Shown: positions 62,272 through 64,000 of the stretch, piece by piece | Layout: every line of letters begins with the position of its first letter | How positions within the stretch are numbered: the first letter of the stretch is position 1 | The notes under the pieces: generated by a model | Database searches by the model: none | What the model was told of the DNA's origin: nothing | What the model saw: only the letters and a program-made list of their open reading frames with translations | Made by a program: the position numbers and the translations under genes | NCBI GenBank assembly: GCA_036555275.1 | Contig: DATBLR010000107.1 | Location: 24,717 to 88,716 of the forward strand | From: Gemmatimonadales bacterium | GTDB lineage: Bacteria; Gemmatimonadota; Gemmatimonadetes; Gemmatimonadales; GWC2-71-9 | Direction: 5' to 3' | Length of the DNA: 64,000 bases

Positions 62272-63756
62272 ATGCCCTTTGCCTCGTCTGTCGTGTCCGC
62301 TCAGCCCGCCGGGTATGCCACCCCCCTTCTGGCCGTCGCGGTGCCGGCGGGAGTGATGCCGCCCTCGCTTGCCTCCCTGGATGCCCAGACGGGTGGTGCG
62401 ATATCGCGAGTGTACGCCTCGAGTGATTTCACCGGGAAGAAGGACGAGCAGGCCCTGCTGCACCCCGGCGGGCCCGCATCGCGGATCCTGCTCCTCGGTC
62501 TCGGCAAGATGGACGAAGCCGGCCGCAATGGCCTTCGGCGGGCGGCGGCCGCCGCCGGCAAGCGTGCCCGGGTGCTCGGCGTGCCGTCCCTGGCCTTTTT
62601 CCTTCCGCCCGAAGGACGGGGAGCTCTGACCGCACGCGACACCGGGCAGCTTATCGCCGAAGGCTTGTCCTTTGGGCAGTGGCACTTTCTGGAGATGAAG
62701 CTGCCGCCCGAGGAGAAGAAGCCCGTCCTCGAGCAAGGTGTAATCCTGGCCCCGACCGACACGTCCGAGGTCACCGCTGGTCATGCCGTGGGGGAAGGGA
62801 TCGCCGCAGGACAGACGTTCACGCGCAACCTCCAGGTATTGCCGGGCAACGTGTGCACCCCGACGTATCTCGCGGCCCAGGCAGGGGAGCTGGCGCGCCG
62901 GCACGGATTCAGGGTCACCGTGCTGGATCTCGCCGCGATCCGGGCGGAAAAGATGGGCGCCCTGCTCGCGGTGGCCCAGGGTGCCGTCGAAGAACCGAAG
63001 TTCATCGTGCTCGAGTACGAGGGCGCGAAAGGGGCCCCGGTGGTGCTGGTGGGGAAGGGCATCACGTTCGATACTGGCGGGATCTCGATCAAGCCCGCGG
63101 ACAAGATGGAGGAGATGAAGTACGATATGTCGGGCGCCGCTGCGGTACTCGGGACCTTCGAGATGCTGGGGCGTGTCAGGCCTAAGGTCCACGTCGTGGG
63201 CGTGGTTCCCGCCACCGAGAACATGCCGAGCGGGACGGCGGTCAAACCGGGTGACGTGGTCAAGAGTCACTTCGGCAAGACCATCGAGATCATCAATACC
63301 GACGCCGAGGGGCGACTGATTCTGTGTGATGCCCTGTCCTACGCCAGGCGGTTCAAGCCCGCCTGTGTGGTTGACGCGGCCACGCTCACCGGGGCGGTGG
63401 TCGTGGCCCTGGGACACGTGGCGACCGGGGTCATGGGAGCGGATGAGGCACTGCTCGAGGAGTTACGCCGGGCGGGGGAACGGGCCGGCGAGCGGATCTG
63501 GCCGCTCCCCATGTGGGAGGAGTATCGCGACCTCATCAAGTCTGACATCGCCGATGTGAAGAACTCCGGTGGCCGTCCTGCCGGCAGCATTACGGCGGGC
63601 TGGTTCCTCCGGGAGTTCGTCGAGGGATTTCCCTGGGCCCATCTGGACATCGCCGGAACCGCGTACAGCGACCGGGAAGACGCCACCCGGGTCAAGGGTC
63701 CCACGGGGATCTGTATGCGGCTGTTCGCGGAGTTCGTGCTGGGCCGGAGCCAGTGA
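62272..63756 (+). CDS. pepA: Leucyl aminopeptidase (M17)
   Basis: ORF 62149..63756 trimmed to ATG 62272. VGKGITFDTGGISIKP and NTDAEGRLILCDAL blocks. Confidence 0.92.
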   Translation: MPFASSVVSAQPAGYATPLLAVAVPAGVMPPSLASLDAQTGGAISRVYASSDFTGKKDEQALLHPGGPASRILLLGLGKMDEAGRNGLRRAAAAAGKRARVLGVPSLAFFLPPEGRGALTARDTGQLIAEGLSFGQWHFLEMKLPPEEKKPVLEQGVILAPTDTSEVTAGHAVGEGIAAGQTFTRNLQVLPGNVCTPTYLAAQAGELARRHGFRVTVLDLAAIRAEKMGALLAVAQGAVEEPKFIVLEYEGAKGAPVVLVGKGITFDTGGISIKPADKMEEMKYDMSGAAAVLGTFEMLGRVRPKVHVVGVVPATENMPSGTAVKPGDVVKSHFGKTIEIINTDAEGRLILCDALSYARRFKPACVVDAATLTGAVVVALGHVATGVMGADEALLEELRRAGERAGERIWPLPMWEEYRDLIKSDIADVKNSGGRPAGSITAGWFLREFVEGFPWAHLDIAGTAYSDREDATRVKGPTGICMRLFAEFVLGRSQ

Positions 63757-63846
63757 GGAGCAGGGGGAAGACGGGGGAACGGGGAACGGGGAGTGGGGCA
63801 GGGCGAGGTCACTCCCGTTCCCCGTTCTCCCGTTCCCTGCTCCCCA
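63757..63846. repeat. Array-hairpin element, GGGGAAC class, immediately after the pepA stop
   Basis: ggagcagggggaagac gggggaac ggggaac ggggagt gggg - loop - cactcc cgttccc cgttctc ccgttcc ctgctcccc. The right arm abuts ATG 63846. Confidence 0.85.
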
Positions 63847-64000
63847 TGTTGCTTTCGCTGGTGCTGGTCGCACGCCTTCCTGCCCAGATCCCCTACGACA
63901 CGCTGCCGCCCGACACGCTCGCCCGGGATACGGTCAACACCACGGAGCGCTACCTCGCGGCGCAGGCCGCGAACTCGATCCGCCTGGCGGTGCTGCCGCT
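63846..64000 (+). CDS. Partial ORF (5' end only), signal-peptide-like N-terminus, function unknown
   Basis: My translation: MLLSLVLVARLPAQIPYDTLPPDTLARDTVNTTERYLAAQAANSIRLAVLP... It runs off the window. Confidence 0.3.
   Translation, partial: MLLSLVLVARLPAQIPYDTLPPDTLARDTVNTTERYLAAQAANSIRLAVLP

Noticed and set aside
26-63846. The possibility that the short tandem repeats are CRISPR arrays.
   Set aside because: Units are only 7-9 nt and directly adjacent, with no unique spacers. Each array has a reverse-complement partner. No cas genes are present. This is not CRISPR architecture.

Overview
High-GC (~68%) bacterial chromosome segment from a diderm (TonB-dependent receptor, lipoproteins). Taxon not determinable here; Gemmatimonadota-like is only an impression. 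It is densely coding, with about 57 supportable CDSs and one tRNA-Leu(CAA). I saw no rRNA, CRISPR, transposase, integrase or phage genes. All functional calls come from reading the ORF-track translations for motifs from memory; no searches were run.

Gene content in order:
- panC, yqeK-like and LytR_C genes.
- A serine-cycle-type C1/C2 assimilation cluster: glycerate kinase <-> sga-mcl-mtkA-mtkB-hprA-ppc.
- rlmN, ptsN, aspS.
- phoH, 7TM-HD, ybeY, two corC-like genes, mgtE.
- A TonB-dependent receptor.
- A sigma54-type two-component pair.
- A 12-gene, largely translationally coupled acyl-CoA operon: meaB, a split B12 acyl-CoA mutase, an eRF1-like protein, HAD, a carboxyltransferase, a TPPII-like S8 peptidase, an AtuA pair, an enoyl-CoA hydratase and a micro-ORF.
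- recQ, a PQQ sugar dehydrogenase, an acyl-CoA dehydrogenase.
- RNase E/G, rplU-rpmA, an arsR unit, GDPD, thiolase.
- ECF sigma / anti-sigma / LTXXQ, then nfeD-floA, ppa, tRNA-Leu.
- S41 peptidase, AI-2E transporter, citrate-synthase-like protein, pepA.

Most unusual observations:
1. A family of hairpin elements abutting stop codons. Each arm is a tandem array of 7-, 8- or 9-nt units. The unit sequence differs between loci but the architecture is the same.
2. The 8-nt unit also occurs as arrays inside at least five conserved ORFs.
3. An eRF1/Pelota-fold protein with GGQ replaced by GGR sits between the large and small subunits of the B12 mutase.
4. A compact serine-cycle core cluster.

Many long ORFs in the track are antisense or 5'-extended high-GC artefacts. 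These were trimmed or rejected.
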